Assembly: GCA_963695545.1 (NCBI GenBank)
Contig: OY968796.1
Coordinates: 2,272,001-2,336,000, forward strand
Length of the DNA: 64,000 nt
Direction of reading: 5' to 3'
DNA from: Terriglobia bacterium
GTDB taxonomy: Bacteria > Acidobacteriota > Terriglobia > Acidiferrales > UBA7541
Position numbers and translations under genes: made by a program. Below are positions 1 through 9,859 of the stretch, in pieces; the stretch's first letter is position 1; every line of letters begins with the position of its first letter. Under the pieces are notes generated by a model. That model saw only the letters and a list, made by a program, of their open reading frames with translations. It ran no database searches and was not told the origin of the DNA.

Positions 1-1
1 C

Positions 2-469
2 TGGTTCCGCTGGGGCGTGATCGAGTTTCTCTTTACGCTGAGCCTCTTCGTGGTTGGCTTGCATTGGGGCCCCAGCGGCATCGCCTCGGCCTGGACCGTC
101 TCTTATTTCGTTCTGATCCTCCCCGCCTTTTGGTATGCCGGTAAGCCCATCGATTTTGGAGTGGCGCCCGTCCTGGGTGTGATCTGGAAATTTTTCGCAG
201 CATCGGTGGTGGCCGGCTGTGGTGCGGCGTTGCTCCTTCACGTCGCGCCGTTATTTCCGCGCGTGGGTGGCGCGCCTGGCGCGTTCGTGCGGGCCGCGTC
301 GGATTCTCTGCTTTTTCTAGCGCTGTACATTTGTGCGGTCCTCGCGTTCCATCGCGGGCTTGCTCCCATTCGGCAAACTGGCCGACTCATCAAGGATTTT
401 CTGCCCCAGCGGTCTGCGGCGCGGGTGGCGGTAGCCGAGCCGGCAGTACCCGCGACGACCGGGGTCTAG
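2..469 (+). CDS. Polysaccharide flippase (Wzx/MATE-like), C-terminal part; 5' end lies outside the window
   Basis: Frame is open from position 2 (WFRWGVIEF...); four hydrophobic helices; 'GLHWGPSGIASAW' is typical of polysaccharide-export flippase C-termini; glycan locus context. Confidence 0.7.
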   Translation, partial: WFRWGVIEFLFTLSLFVVGLHWGPSGIASAWTVSYFVLILPAFWYAGKPIDFGVAPVLGVIWKFFAASVVAGCGAALLLHVAPLFPRVGGAPGAFVRAASDSLLFLALYICAVLAFHRGLAPIRQTGRLIKDFLPQRSAARVAVAEPAVPATTGV

Positions 470-640
470 CAGGGAAGCTCCGGCTCCGCACGTTTAAAGC
501 GCATTTCCACGCCGGATGGTAGCATCGAACTTCGCGGAACATCCGACGTGCGGACAATGGGCTTTGGCTCTATCTTCTTGCGCAAGAGAGCTGTCCGCGA
601 CACGAGGAAGAAACACCAGTTTGCGTTAATGGAGGAAATT

Positions 641-1588
641 ATGGACGCCGAGCTAATCGAAAAGAAAAAGAACGAGGTCATCAGGAAATATGGGCCGTGG
701 ACAGGCCACAACGTGCACTTGCAGGAAGGCATCTACACCATTGGGCCGAGGATTGTCGGTGATGAAATCAGGCTGAGGCGCATCACGCAAATTGTGTTCG
801 ACCTTATGGGCGGGACGGTAGAGGATTTGCGAGTCCTTGACTTGGCCTGCCTCGAAGGTCTGTTCGCCATAGAATTTGCCCGCCACAAGGCGAATTGCCT
901 GGGGATCGAGGGGCGAGAAGCAAATATCGAAAAGGCACGCTTTGTCAAAGAAGTCTTGTCTCTCGACAATTTAGAGCTTGTTCAGGATGACGTTCGCAAC
1001 CTGTCCGCGGAGAAGTACGGTCACTTCGACGTGGTGCTTTGTCTTGGGATTCTGTATCACTTGGATCAGCCCGATGTGTTCTCGTTTATCGAAAGGCTCG
1101 GTGAAGTGTCCAAACGGCTGTGCATTGTCGACACTAGAGTTACTCTTCACCCGAAAATGAAGGTTACCCACAACAATAGGACCCACTATGGAAGTAAGGG
1201 CGAGGAACACGAGCCCACAGATTCAAAGGACAGTAAGCTGGCCAGGCTGTGGGCTTCTTTGGACAACAACTACAACTTCTATCTTAGTCGAGCGACAATT
1301 TGCAATGCTTTGTTACACGCCGGATTTACGTCAGTGTACCAATGTAACGTGCCAGGAGAGCCTGAGAAGCCGGCCGATCGAATCGCTTTCGTCGCGATCA
1401 AGGGAGAAGTTGGCGATCTTCTCAGCGCTCCCCTGATGAGGTCTCGGCCTAGCGATGAGATGCCGGAACGTCCTCGTCGCGAACGCTCTGTTCCGGTTGA
1501 AGCAATCAGGAGAATGAGCCACCTGCTGCCTCGCGGAGTGAGGAAGGTCGGCAAGAAACTAATTGGCAAAGAAAACAAGTTGACATAG
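641..1588 (+). CDS. Class I SAM-dependent methyltransferase
   Basis: Motif I VLDLACLEG, motif II FDVVLCLGILYHL; GGAGG RBS at 631-635 before ATG 641. Confidence 0.85.
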   Translation: MDAELIEKKKNEVIRKYGPWTGHNVHLQEGIYTIGPRIVGDEIRLRRITQIVFDLMGGTVEDLRVLDLACLEGLFAIEFARHKANCLGIEGREANIEKARFVKEVLSLDNLELVQDDVRNLSAEKYGHFDVVLCLGILYHLDQPDVFSFIERLGEVSKRLCIVDTRVTLHPKMKVTHNNRTHYGSKGEEHEPTDSKDSKLARLWASLDNNYNFYLSRATICNALLHAGFTSVYQCNVPGEPEKPADRIAFVAIKGEVGDLLSAPLMRSRPSDEMPERPRRERSVPVEAIRRMSHLLPRGVRKVGKKLIGKENKLT

Positions 1589-1591
1589 ACG

Positions 1592-2861
1592 ATGCACCCC
1601 AATCCTATCTACGAGAAGGCCTCAGCTGCAAACCTTGATACCGTGGAGCCTATTACGCCCCGGGCGCCGGCGGATATCGAAATCGCTCTGCTTACGGCCT
1701 GCAGAGACAAACACTACGTGTACGGCCTAGCTAAGGCGCTGGCATCAAGCGGAGTCGGCGTCGAAGTCATCGGAAGTGATGAGATCGACTGCCCCGACTT
1801 TCATGAGACGCCGCGCCTGAATTTTCTCAATCTGGGCGGGAAGCAGCCGAAAACCGATAGCCTCGCGAGGAAGTCAGTCAGGGCCATCAGATATTATGCG
1901 CGACTGATCCGATACGCGGCCCTCACCAAGCGAAACTCTGTTTCACATCCTGTGGAACTACAAGTTCGAGTATTTCGATCGAACGGTGTTAATGATGTAC
2001 TACAAGTTATTGGGAAAAAAAATCATACTAACTGCTCATAACGTGAATGCTGACTCTAGGGATTCAAATGACTCGTGGTTCAATCGCGTTACGCTCAAGT
2101 TCCAGTACCGACTTTCCGATCACATTTTTGTTCACACTCAAAAGATGAAGAACGAGCTCTGCCAGAACTTTCAAGTTGTCAAAGAAGCCGTCACCGTTAT
2201 CAGACATCCGATTAACACTGCCGTACCTGTCACGGACCTCGCGCCTGCCGAGGCGAAACGGCGCTTAGGCCTTGCGGGCGACGAGAAGACCATCCTGTTT
2301 TTCGGAAACATTGGACCCTACAAGGGTCTTGACTATCTGATCGCCGCATTTCAGATGATCGCTGCTCGAAATGCGGGGCATCGTCTTATCATAGCTGGGA
2401 AGCCAAGGGGAGGGTCTGAGAAGTACGTGAGTGATATTCGTGCGGCCACGAGCCGGGACGTTGATCTGGGGCGGATAATCCAGCGGATCGAGCACGTTCC
2501 TGATCAGGACATCGAGATCTATTTCAAAGCGGCCGACGTTTTGGTGTTGCCTTACACCTATATCTTTCAGAGCGGCGTGCTTTTTCTGGGGTATAGCTTC
2601 GGACTTCCGGTAATCGCGACTGACGTCGGGTCTCTTCGGGAGGATGTGATCGAGGGTAAAACAGGATTTCTCTGTCGGCCATCCGACTCGGCCGACTTGG
2701 CCAGGGCTATCGAGGCATATTTTGAGAGCGATTTGTTCAAGAACCTTGGCAGTCGGCGACGACAGATACGAGAATCCGCTCGCGAAAGAAATTCGTGGGA
2801 TGCGGCAAGCGAATTGACGCGAAATGCTTACGCCGCGTTGCTGCGCAGGCATCTGCCGTGA
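1592..2861 (+). pseudogene. GT4 glycosyltransferase split by a +1 frameshift near 1931-1937 (pseudogene or sequencing error)
   Basis: ORF 1592-2041 gives the N-terminus; the +1 frame continues LFHILWNYKFEYFDRTVLMMYYK...FFGNIGPYKG...ADVLVLPY...GLPVIATDVG (GT4 motifs) to 2861. Confidence 0.85.
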
Positions 2862-2944
2862 GACGCATCGTATCAGTTTTCATCTCCGCATTCGACACGC
2901 AGGAGCGTTCGGCTGAGATGCGCCGTTTGTTGTTTTGCTGGTGA
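2858..2944 (+). pseudogene. Possible decayed N-terminal stub of a GT2 glycosyltransferase
   Basis: GTGA overlap with the GT4 stop; translation VRRIVSVFISAFDTQERSAEM resembles the GT2 start pattern (VSILIPAFNAQE.IAE). Confidence 0.35.
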
Positions 2945-3043
2945 AGTCAAGATCCCGCTATCGACTGCCGAAGGTCAGAGGCGTAGCGCCACATCACGAC
3001 AAAGTTTGCTGAGCGGCCTGGTCAATTCTTCTGGAGAAACTCT

Positions 3044-4090
3044 ATGATAATTACACGCACCCCGCTTCGCATTTCGTTTTTTGGAGGAGGCACTGACTAT
3101 CCGGTCTGGTACCGCCAGCATGGCGGAGCCGTATTGTCGACGACCATCGATAAATCTTGCTACATCACAACCAGGTGGCTTCCGCCCTTTTTCGAGTACC
3201 ACAGTCGCATTTCTTATACGAAGGTGGAGAACGTCGGTGCGAACACCGAAATTGAACACCCATCTGTGCGCGCTTGCCTGCAGTTCATGGGAATCGACGG
3301 TGGCGTGGAAGTTCATCACATAGCTGACTTGCCGGCGCGGACCGGTTTGGGTACGAGCTCGGCGTTTACGGTTGGCCTGCTTCTCGGCCTGTATGCGCTG
3401 AAAGACAAGATGCGAGACAAGCAAAGCCTTGCTGCCGACGCAATACACGTAGAACAGGATTTGATTCAAGAAGCTGTTGGGGCGCAGGATCAAGTGAGCG
3501 CTGCGTACGGGGGCTTCAATCGTATTAACTTCCAACCCGACGGCGCGATTGACGTGAAGCGCATTCTGGCCGCTCCTAGCAGATTGACCGAGCTGGAGCA
3601 GCATTTGGCGCTCTACTTCACAGGGTTTGCTCGCACTGCTTCAGAGATCGCCAAAGAGCAACTCAAGGCGACCCCTAATCGGCAACGGGAGTTGAACGAA
3701 ATGTTCCAGATGGTGAGCGAGGCTGAGGACATCGTCACCAGCCCCGGCCGTTCATTGAATGAATTTGGGAGACTGCTGCACGAGGGTTGGCAGATAAAGC
3801 GGACGTTGACGCAGCGGATCTCGAATGACAGCATTGATGAAATCTACGAGGCCGGGCTAAGCGCCGGCGCGCTTGGGGGAAAGCTCCTGGGCGCTGGTGG
3901 GGGAGGATTCATGCTGTTCTTCGTGCCACCCGAGCGGAGGGAAGCACTCAGGGCACGCTTGAAGAAGCTTTTGTGCGTCCCATTCGGGTTCTCCAATCGA
4001 GGCAGCGATGTCGCCGTCTACGAGTCCGAGGTAGCTTACGACAAATCGCTTGCGAGCGACCGGTCCGAGATCTATGCCCAACGCGGCTGA
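3044..4090 (+). CDS. hddA: GHMP kinase, D-glycero-alpha-D-manno-heptose-7-phosphate kinase
   Basis: TPLRISFFGGGTD, PARTGLGTSSA, GGKLLGAGGGGF; adjacent to gmhA, gmhB and a guanylyltransferase. Confidence 0.88.
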   Translation: MIITRTPLRISFFGGGTDYPVWYRQHGGAVLSTTIDKSCYITTRWLPPFFEYHSRISYTKVENVGANTEIEHPSVRACLQFMGIDGGVEVHHIADLPARTGLGTSSAFTVGLLLGLYALKDKMRDKQSLAADAIHVEQDLIQEAVGAQDQVSAAYGGFNRINFQPDGAIDVKRILAAPSRLTELEQHLALYFTGFARTASEIAKEQLKATPNRQRELNEMFQMVSEAEDIVTSPGRSLNEFGRLLHEGWQIKRTLTQRISNDSIDEIYEAGLSAGALGGKLLGAGGGGFMLFFVPPERREALRARLKKLLCVPFGFSNRGSDVAVYESEVAYDKSLASDRSEIYAQRG

Positions 4091-4820
4091 CGCGATACTG
4101 CTCTGTGGCGGAGCTGGCCTTCGACTGAGAAGCGTTACGGGAAATGCCCCCAAAGCGCTAGCGAGTATCGGCGGCCGGCCATTTCTGGAATTGCTTCTCG
4201 GCCAGCTGCGACGGCATGGGTTCCAACGCATCATTCTGGCTGTGGGCTATGGGAACGACGCGATCCGCTCGTACTTCGGTGATCGGGCGCTCGGCCTGAC
4301 GCTAGGATATGCGATCGAGTCAGAACCGCTAGGGACCGGCGGCGCGTTGCGCAATGCGGTCGATCTCATCGAATCGAACGCGGCGCTGATTATGAACGGC
4401 GACAGCTACACCGACGCTGATTTGTCCGCGTTTGTGGCCGACTACCGCGAAGCAGAACCCGATATCTCGATGATTGTGGTGCCGGCGGATGGTCGCGTGG
4501 ATTGCGGTCTGGTGTCGGTGAATTCCAGCCGAGAAGTGGTCGGATTCAAGGAAAAGCAGTCTACGTCTGGGACGCCGTACGTCAACGCCGGCATATACCT
4601 TACGACGAAGCGCACCCTCAGCGGTATCCCTGCTGGAGTGCAGATCTCCTTGGAACATGAGCTTTTCCCGCGATGGCTTGCTGAAGGTAGGCATATCAGG
4701 GCGTTTAGCTATTCGGGTAGTTGCATCGATATCGGCACTCCAGAGCGGTATCGGGAAGCGCAAGATTCCTTGGCGAGCGTCGAAGTTGATGGGAGCTTGC
4801 CGGGGCCCGAGGGTGAGTGA
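4074..4820 (+). CDS. hddC: Nucleotidyltransferase, heptose-1-phosphate guanylyltransferase-like
   Basis: ILLCGGAGLRL, PKALASIGGRPFL, EPLGTGGAL, NGDSY, DIGTPE. Confidence 0.82.
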   Translation: MPNAADAILLCGGAGLRLRSVTGNAPKALASIGGRPFLELLLGQLRRHGFQRIILAVGYGNDAIRSYFGDRALGLTLGYAIESEPLGTGGALRNAVDLIESNAALIMNGDSYTDADLSAFVADYREAEPDISMIVVPADGRVDCGLVSVNSSREVVGFKEKQSTSGTPYVNAGIYLTTKRTLSGIPAGVQISLEHELFPRWLAEGRHIRAFSYSGSCIDIGTPERYREAQDSLASVEVDGSLPGPEGE

Positions 4821-4884
4821 GCTTAAATTCAACTAGTGCTTGTGCTCGATTGAGAAACGAGCGCAGCGCTAACCTGGACGGCCT

Positions 4885-5556
4885 ATGAAAGAGCACGAGA
4901 AGATTGAGTTCCTGCATGAGCTGGTGCGCGATCGAATTCAGCGCAACATTGACGTCAAGCAAGTGTTACTGAGCGATGCCAATTTTCGCAACCTCGTGGC
5001 GCAAGTGTCGATGCAAATCGTGAAATCGCTCCGTACGGGCGGCAAAGTCATCTTCTTCGGAAATGGTGGAAGCGCCGCGGACGCGCAGCATCTGGCGGCG
5101 GAATTCACAGGGCGCTACTTGAAAGAGCGGCGAGCACTGCCTGCGCTCGCGCTCAATGCGAACTCGTCGTCCGTAACGGCCATCGGAAACGATTACGGAT
5201 TCGAATTTGTGTTCGCCCGGCAATTGGAAGCGCTGGGCAACGAAGGGGACGTTGCCGTGGGCATTTCGACCAGCGGGAATTCGCGAAATGTGCTCTGCGC
5301 GCTACAAGCGGCCAAGACGAAATCCATGTACACGGTGGCCCTCACCGGAGCGACCGGCGGATCGATGAGAAATGTCGCGGACTGCACGATTCGCATTCCT
5401 TCAGACGAAACTCCCCGAATTCAAGAGTGTCATATTCTAGCGGGTCATTTGATCTGTGAAATTGTGGAGCTGATGATGTTCGATTCTTCCGGACGGACCG
5501 ATTCTGTAGATGACATCGCTGCGGGACGTCCGCGCACTGTTCCGGAAAAAAACTAG
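4885..5556 (+). CDS. gmhA: D-sedoheptulose-7-phosphate isomerase
   Basis: GNGGSAADAQHLAAE, NDYG, STSGNS, TPRIQECH. Confidence 0.95.
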   Translation: MKEHEKIEFLHELVRDRIQRNIDVKQVLLSDANFRNLVAQVSMQIVKSLRTGGKVIFFGNGGSAADAQHLAAEFTGRYLKERRALPALALNANSSSVTAIGNDYGFEFVFARQLEALGNEGDVAVGISTSGNSRNVLCALQAAKTKSMYTVALTGATGGSMRNVADCTIRIPSDETPRIQECHILAGHLICEIVELMMFDSSGRTDSVDDIAAGRPRTVPEKN

Positions 5557-6208
5557 GGAACGGGAATCCAGCTTGCTGCGTATATTTTTTTCTGATCCTA
5601 CGAGGACTGGCAGAGGCCCGGCCATTTTTATTGACCGCGACGGCGTAATAAACTGCAGGCGACCCGGAGATTATGTTCTGAATTGGTCGCAGTTCGTTTT
5701 TGTGCCAGGCATTCGGTCGGCGCTAAGGCAGCTCTCAAGTTTAGGGTTGCCAATAATAATTGCGTCTAATCAGGCGGCCGTTGGTAAAGGTCTGTTAGCT
5801 GCGGATAGGCTTCAAGAGATCACAGCTCAGTTGCATCAAATCCTTCATGCTGATGGCACAATACTCACCGCTGCCTATTATTGTCCGCATAAGCCGAGCG
5901 ACGATTGTGTTTGCAGAAAACCCAAGCCGGAGTTGCTGTACAAAGCGGCCCATGATTTCAATCTTGATTTGGGCCGATCCATTTTCATTGGCGATTCCGA
6001 CACAGATGTCCAAGCAGCCCAGGCGGCCGGCTGTAAGCCCATACTTTTCGGTTCCGGCCATGCGGCATCTTCCGGCTCATCGGCATGGGCCGTCGGACTC
6101 CCTACTGCGCGCGCGGCGAACGAAGTCTTCGATATTGCGGCGAATTGCCTGTACAAGGGAGACCGTAGTGGATCAGGCGATCGCGGTACTCGACCTGCTG
6201 GATTATAA
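5510..6208 (+). CDS. gmhB: D,D-heptose 1,7-bisphosphate phosphatase (HAD IIIA); start uncertain
   Basis: FIDRDGVIN, SNQ, CPH-x5-CxCRKPKP, IGDSDTD. Confidence 0.92.
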   Translation: MTSLRDVRALFRKKTRERESSLLRIFFSDPTRTGRGPAIFIDRDGVINCRRPGDYVLNWSQFVFVPGIRSALRQLSSLGLPIIIASNQAAVGKGLLAADRLQEITAQLHQILHADGTILTAAYYCPHKPSDDCVCRKPKPELLYKAAHDFNLDLGRSIFIGDSDTDVQAAQAAGCKPILFGSGHAASSGSSAWAVGLPTARAANEVFDIAANCLYKGDRSGSGDRGTRPAGL

Positions 6209-6468
6209 AAGATGACATTGCGAGTTCGCGAATAACGGCACTGCTTTTTCGCTAAAGGGAGCTGGGATCATTCGATCGAACGCCGAGCAAATCCAACTAG
6301 GCAGTGTTTGAGCGAGCCGTTTCCCTCATCGGGTGAGGGCGCCGCACGTCCACGGCCACTGACGCCTTAAAGTACGTCAAGTTCTTGTCGCCTAATCTGG
6401 AATCATTCCACAACAAAACAGGTAGCCGCTGGCTCCTGGGCAGGTAGACTTAAAATGGAGATCAGAAC

Positions 6469-7113
6469 ATGCCAATCGCGCAACGCACGCTGACTTTTGT
6501 TCGAGGATTCCTTCTAAGCTACGGTCCCTCCAACATTAAGAAAATGCTATGGGACAAGGAATTCTCCGGAACGAAATGGGATTTCATCGATAACACCGCG
6601 GGAGACTGCGTCTACCCGCACCTTGAAAAGTATTCGCAGAATGGAGACATTTTGGATCTCGGGTGCGGACCGGGAAATACAGCAAACGAACTAGCGGTGA
6701 CCGCGTACAAGACTTATATAGGTGTCGACATATCCGAGGCGGCCTTGGCTAAAGCGGCAAGGCGGACACAATCGAGCGGCAGAACGGATAAGAATGCATT
6801 TGTGAGGTCGGACTTCCTCGGGTACGAGCCGATCCGCGCATTTGACGTAATCCTGTTCCGGGAGTCCATGTATCACATCCCCTATGGGAAAGTTCAGCCT
6901 ATACTCAATAAATATTCAACCCACCTGAAGCCAGGTGGGGTTTTTATGGTCAGACTCTTTGCCGCAAAAATCGAGACCGGGAAAATCAAGCGTCGCGTGA
7001 CCCGCAAATTGGATTTGATCAAGCGCGAATTCGACGTTGTGGAGGCGACGGAACACAGTGATATCGCGGGTCGGCCAACCGTCCTAGTTTTTCGACCGCG
7101 GCGCATAAGCTGA
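6469..7113 (+). CDS. Class I SAM-dependent methyltransferase
   Basis: ILDLGCGPG, GVDISE, FDVILFRESMYH, LKPGG; GGAG RBS. Confidence 0.88.
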   Translation: MPIAQRTLTFVRGFLLSYGPSNIKKMLWDKEFSGTKWDFIDNTAGDCVYPHLEKYSQNGDILDLGCGPGNTANELAVTAYKTYIGVDISEAALAKAARRTQSSGRTDKNAFVRSDFLGYEPIRAFDVILFRESMYHIPYGKVQPILNKYSTHLKPGGVFMVRLFAAKIETGKIKRRVTRKLDLIKREFDVVEATEHSDIAGRPTVLVFRPRRIS

Positions 7114-7344
7114 GCGGTTCCATCGCGATGTGAGTGTGGGAATTGTTTTGCAATCGCGCATTCGTTCCGATTCTCAGTATCTACCGAGTTCGATATTGGC
7201 CAGTCGCGAAACACATTCTCAGGTCTCCGTGTCCTCTCCGGGAACCCCAAGCAGGAATGAATAGTTCTCAGGATAAGGATTCGCAATCTACTGTTCCCTA
7301 GGGCCAGAGAGTAAGACTTGGTCCAAGGGCGAAAGGAGTGTCCT

Positions 7345-8658
7345 TTGAAAATCAGCGTCTTCGGATTGGGTTATGTTGGAACCGTTTCGGCGGGATGCCT
7401 CGCCCAAGACGGTCATAAGGTCATCGGTGTAGATCCTGTCCGCACGAAAGTTGAACTCATAAATGCCGGGCGCTGCCCCATCATTGAGGCGGATATCGGC
7501 GAAATCATCGCGGCGACGGTCAAGAGCGGCCGGCTCCGGGCAACCGGCGATCAAGAAGAGGCTATTCGCGAAACAGAACTGTCCTTCGTCTGCGTCGGCA
7601 CTCCGAGCCAGGCCAACGGCAATCTCGATCTGACCTACATCCGACGTGTTTGCGAATTGATCGGCAAGAGCCTGAAGAACAAACCGGGTCGCCATACGGT
7701 CGTCATCCGCAGCACGGTTTTACCCGGGAACGATGCGTCAGATTGTTATTCCTACGCTAGAGGAATGGTCGGAGAAGAAGGCAGGAGTTGACTTCGGCGT
7801 TTGCAATAATCCTGAATTCTTGCGGGAAGGTTCGGCGGTAAAGGATTTCAATTCGCCTCCCAAAACCGTCATTGGGGAACTGGATCCTCCAGCGGGGACT
7901 TACTGGAAGCGCTGTACGCGAAACTGAAGGCACCTTTCATTCGGACGGATATAGAGACCGCGGAGATGGTCAAGTACGTCGATAACAGCTGGCATGCGCT
8001 GAAGATTGGTTTTGCGAACGAGATCGGAAATTTATGCAAGTCGTTCTCCATCGACGCGCACGAGGTCATGAAGATTTTCTGCCAAGACAAGAAGCTCAAC
8101 ATCTCTCCGGCATATCTCTTGCCGGGTTTTGCCTTCGGCGGTTCTTGCTTGCCCAAGGATCTGCGAGCCCTGGCGTACAAAGCCAAAGTGAGCGATTTGG
8201 AGTTGCCCATCATGAATGCAATTCTGCCCAGTAACGAATTGCAGATTGGAAAGGGCGTGCAACTCATAACGGACAAAGGGCACAAGCGAATCGGCATCTT
8301 GGGCTTCAGCTTCAAGGCCGGCACAGACGATCTGCGAGAAAGTCCCATGATCGATGTCATAGAGCGCCTCATCGGCAAGGGCTATGACCTGCGAATTTAT
8401 GACAGGAACGTAAATTTGGCCAGTTTGGTGGGCGCCAATCGCGATTTCATTCTCAATCACATTCCGCACATCTCGAGGTTGATGGTGAATCGCATCGATG
8501 CGGTTCTGGACCACGCTCAAACAATCGTGATCGGTAATAAGGATCCGGAGTTTCAGGATGTGATCGATCACCTGCGCGAAGGTCAACGCGTGGTGGATTT
8601 CGTCCGAATCTCAAGTCATAGGAGTGAAAATGGCAAGTACGACGGTATCTGCTGGTAA
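7345..8658 (+). pseudogene. algD: GDP-mannose 6-dehydrogenase (AlgD-like; UDP-glucose/GDP-mannose dehydrogenase family) interrupted by +1 (~7726) and -1 (~7887) frameshifts
   Basis: Three consecutive ORF pieces give GLGYVG, CVGTP, RSTVLPG / NPEFLREG / FGGSCLPKD, SFKAGTDDLRESP and the AlgD-like C-terminus GICW; TTG start after AAGGAG. Confidence 0.85.
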
Positions 8659-9847
8659 GCAGCTCGGGAACTCGAGTGTCGGTGAAGTTTCGAAGCGCCA
8701 GATATACGAATCTATTGGCCGGCTCTCCGACTGGCTGGAGAAGAATGACTATCGTGGATACGATACCTTCGACGGCTTGAGCGCGAGGTATCTTCGCCCA
8801 CTGACCTTCGAAAACAAGTTCCTGCGAATCGCGCTTCAACAAGGGGTCCGCCGGTTTCCACTAAACCTGAGGCCGCTGCTCGGGATTCCTAAGGAGCGCT
8901 CGACGAAGGGCATGGGTTTTCTGGCCCGAGGTTTCATGCGTCTTCATCAAGCGACTGGCGACGCTGCCTGGGAAAGCAAAGCGGAGCTGGCTCTAGCTTG
9001 GCTCGTCGAACACGAATCTACAGGATGGGCTGGGGCGTGTTGGGGAAATCATTTCGATTATCAATCGCGGGACGGGTATACGCCTAAAGATATGCCGTCC
9101 GTCGTGTGGACGTCCCACATAGGACACGCTTTCTTGGATGGCTACAACCACTTCAAGAAGGACAGCTACCTCGAAGTCGCGGTTAGCTCTTGTGAGCACA
9201 TCCTGCACGACCTGGGCGCTTTTGTCGAAGGAGAGGAACACTGTATAAACTATTTTCCGCACTCCAATAACCACATTCATAACGCCAATACGCTGGGCGG
9301 CAGCTTGCTTGCCCGCGTCTATTCGTACACGGGAAATGAATCCTACCGATCATTCGCGAAAAAGGCGATGGCCTATACGGCCAAACATCAGAGAGCCAAC
9401 GGATCCTGGTATTACGGTGAAGCACCTAACGTTCGTTGGGTCGACAACTTTCACACCGGATACGTGCTGGACTGTTTCAAATACTACGAGACGGCCACCG
9501 GCGATGAAGAGTTTGACGCAAAGATGAATGCAGGATATCAATTTTGGAAGAACACATTTTTTCTGCCTGACGGCACTCCCAGGTATTATGACTACAAAAC
9601 GCTGCCGATTGATATTCAGTGCGCCTCCCAGGCGATCGATACGCTTGTTTTCTTCAATGACCGAGACCCTGAAAACCTTCCGTTGGCGCTGAACGTCGCC
9701 AAATGGACGATCGACAACATGCAGGATCCCACCGGATATTTCTACTATCGCCGGTATTCGCCGTGGATTGTGAACAAAACCCCCACCTTGCACTGGGGAC
9801 AGGCGACGATGTTTTGCGCGCTGACCGGACTTTACAATTTGCTGTAG
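8630..9847 (+). CDS. Conserved glycan-locus protein, probable (alpha/alpha)-barrel glycosidase/epimerase-like fold
   Basis: Repeating aromatic helical hairpins (GSWYYG, WVDNFHTGYVLD, GYFYYR); overlaps the algD stop; fold is inferred. Confidence 0.6.
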   Translation: MASTTVSAGKQLGNSSVGEVSKRQIYESIGRLSDWLEKNDYRGYDTFDGLSARYLRPLTFENKFLRIALQQGVRRFPLNLRPLLGIPKERSTKGMGFLARGFMRLHQATGDAAWESKAELALAWLVEHESTGWAGACWGNHFDYQSRDGYTPKDMPSVVWTSHIGHAFLDGYNHFKKDSYLEVAVSSCEHILHDLGAFVEGEEHCINYFPHSNNHIHNANTLGGSLLARVYSYTGNESYRSFAKKAMAYTAKHQRANGSWYYGEAPNVRWVDNFHTGYVLDCFKYYETATGDEEFDAKMNAGYQFWKNTFFLPDGTPRYYDYKTLPIDIQCASQAIDTLVFFNDRDPENLPLALNVAKWTIDNMQDPTGYFYYRRYSPWIVNKTPTLHWGQATMFCALTGLYNLL

Positions 9848-9859
9848 GACAGGGACCTC

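Noticed and set aside
2015..2022. A8 tract in the GT4 gene as a phase-variation switch
   Set aside because: It is in frame (KKI) and lies downstream of the actual frameshift at ~1931-1937
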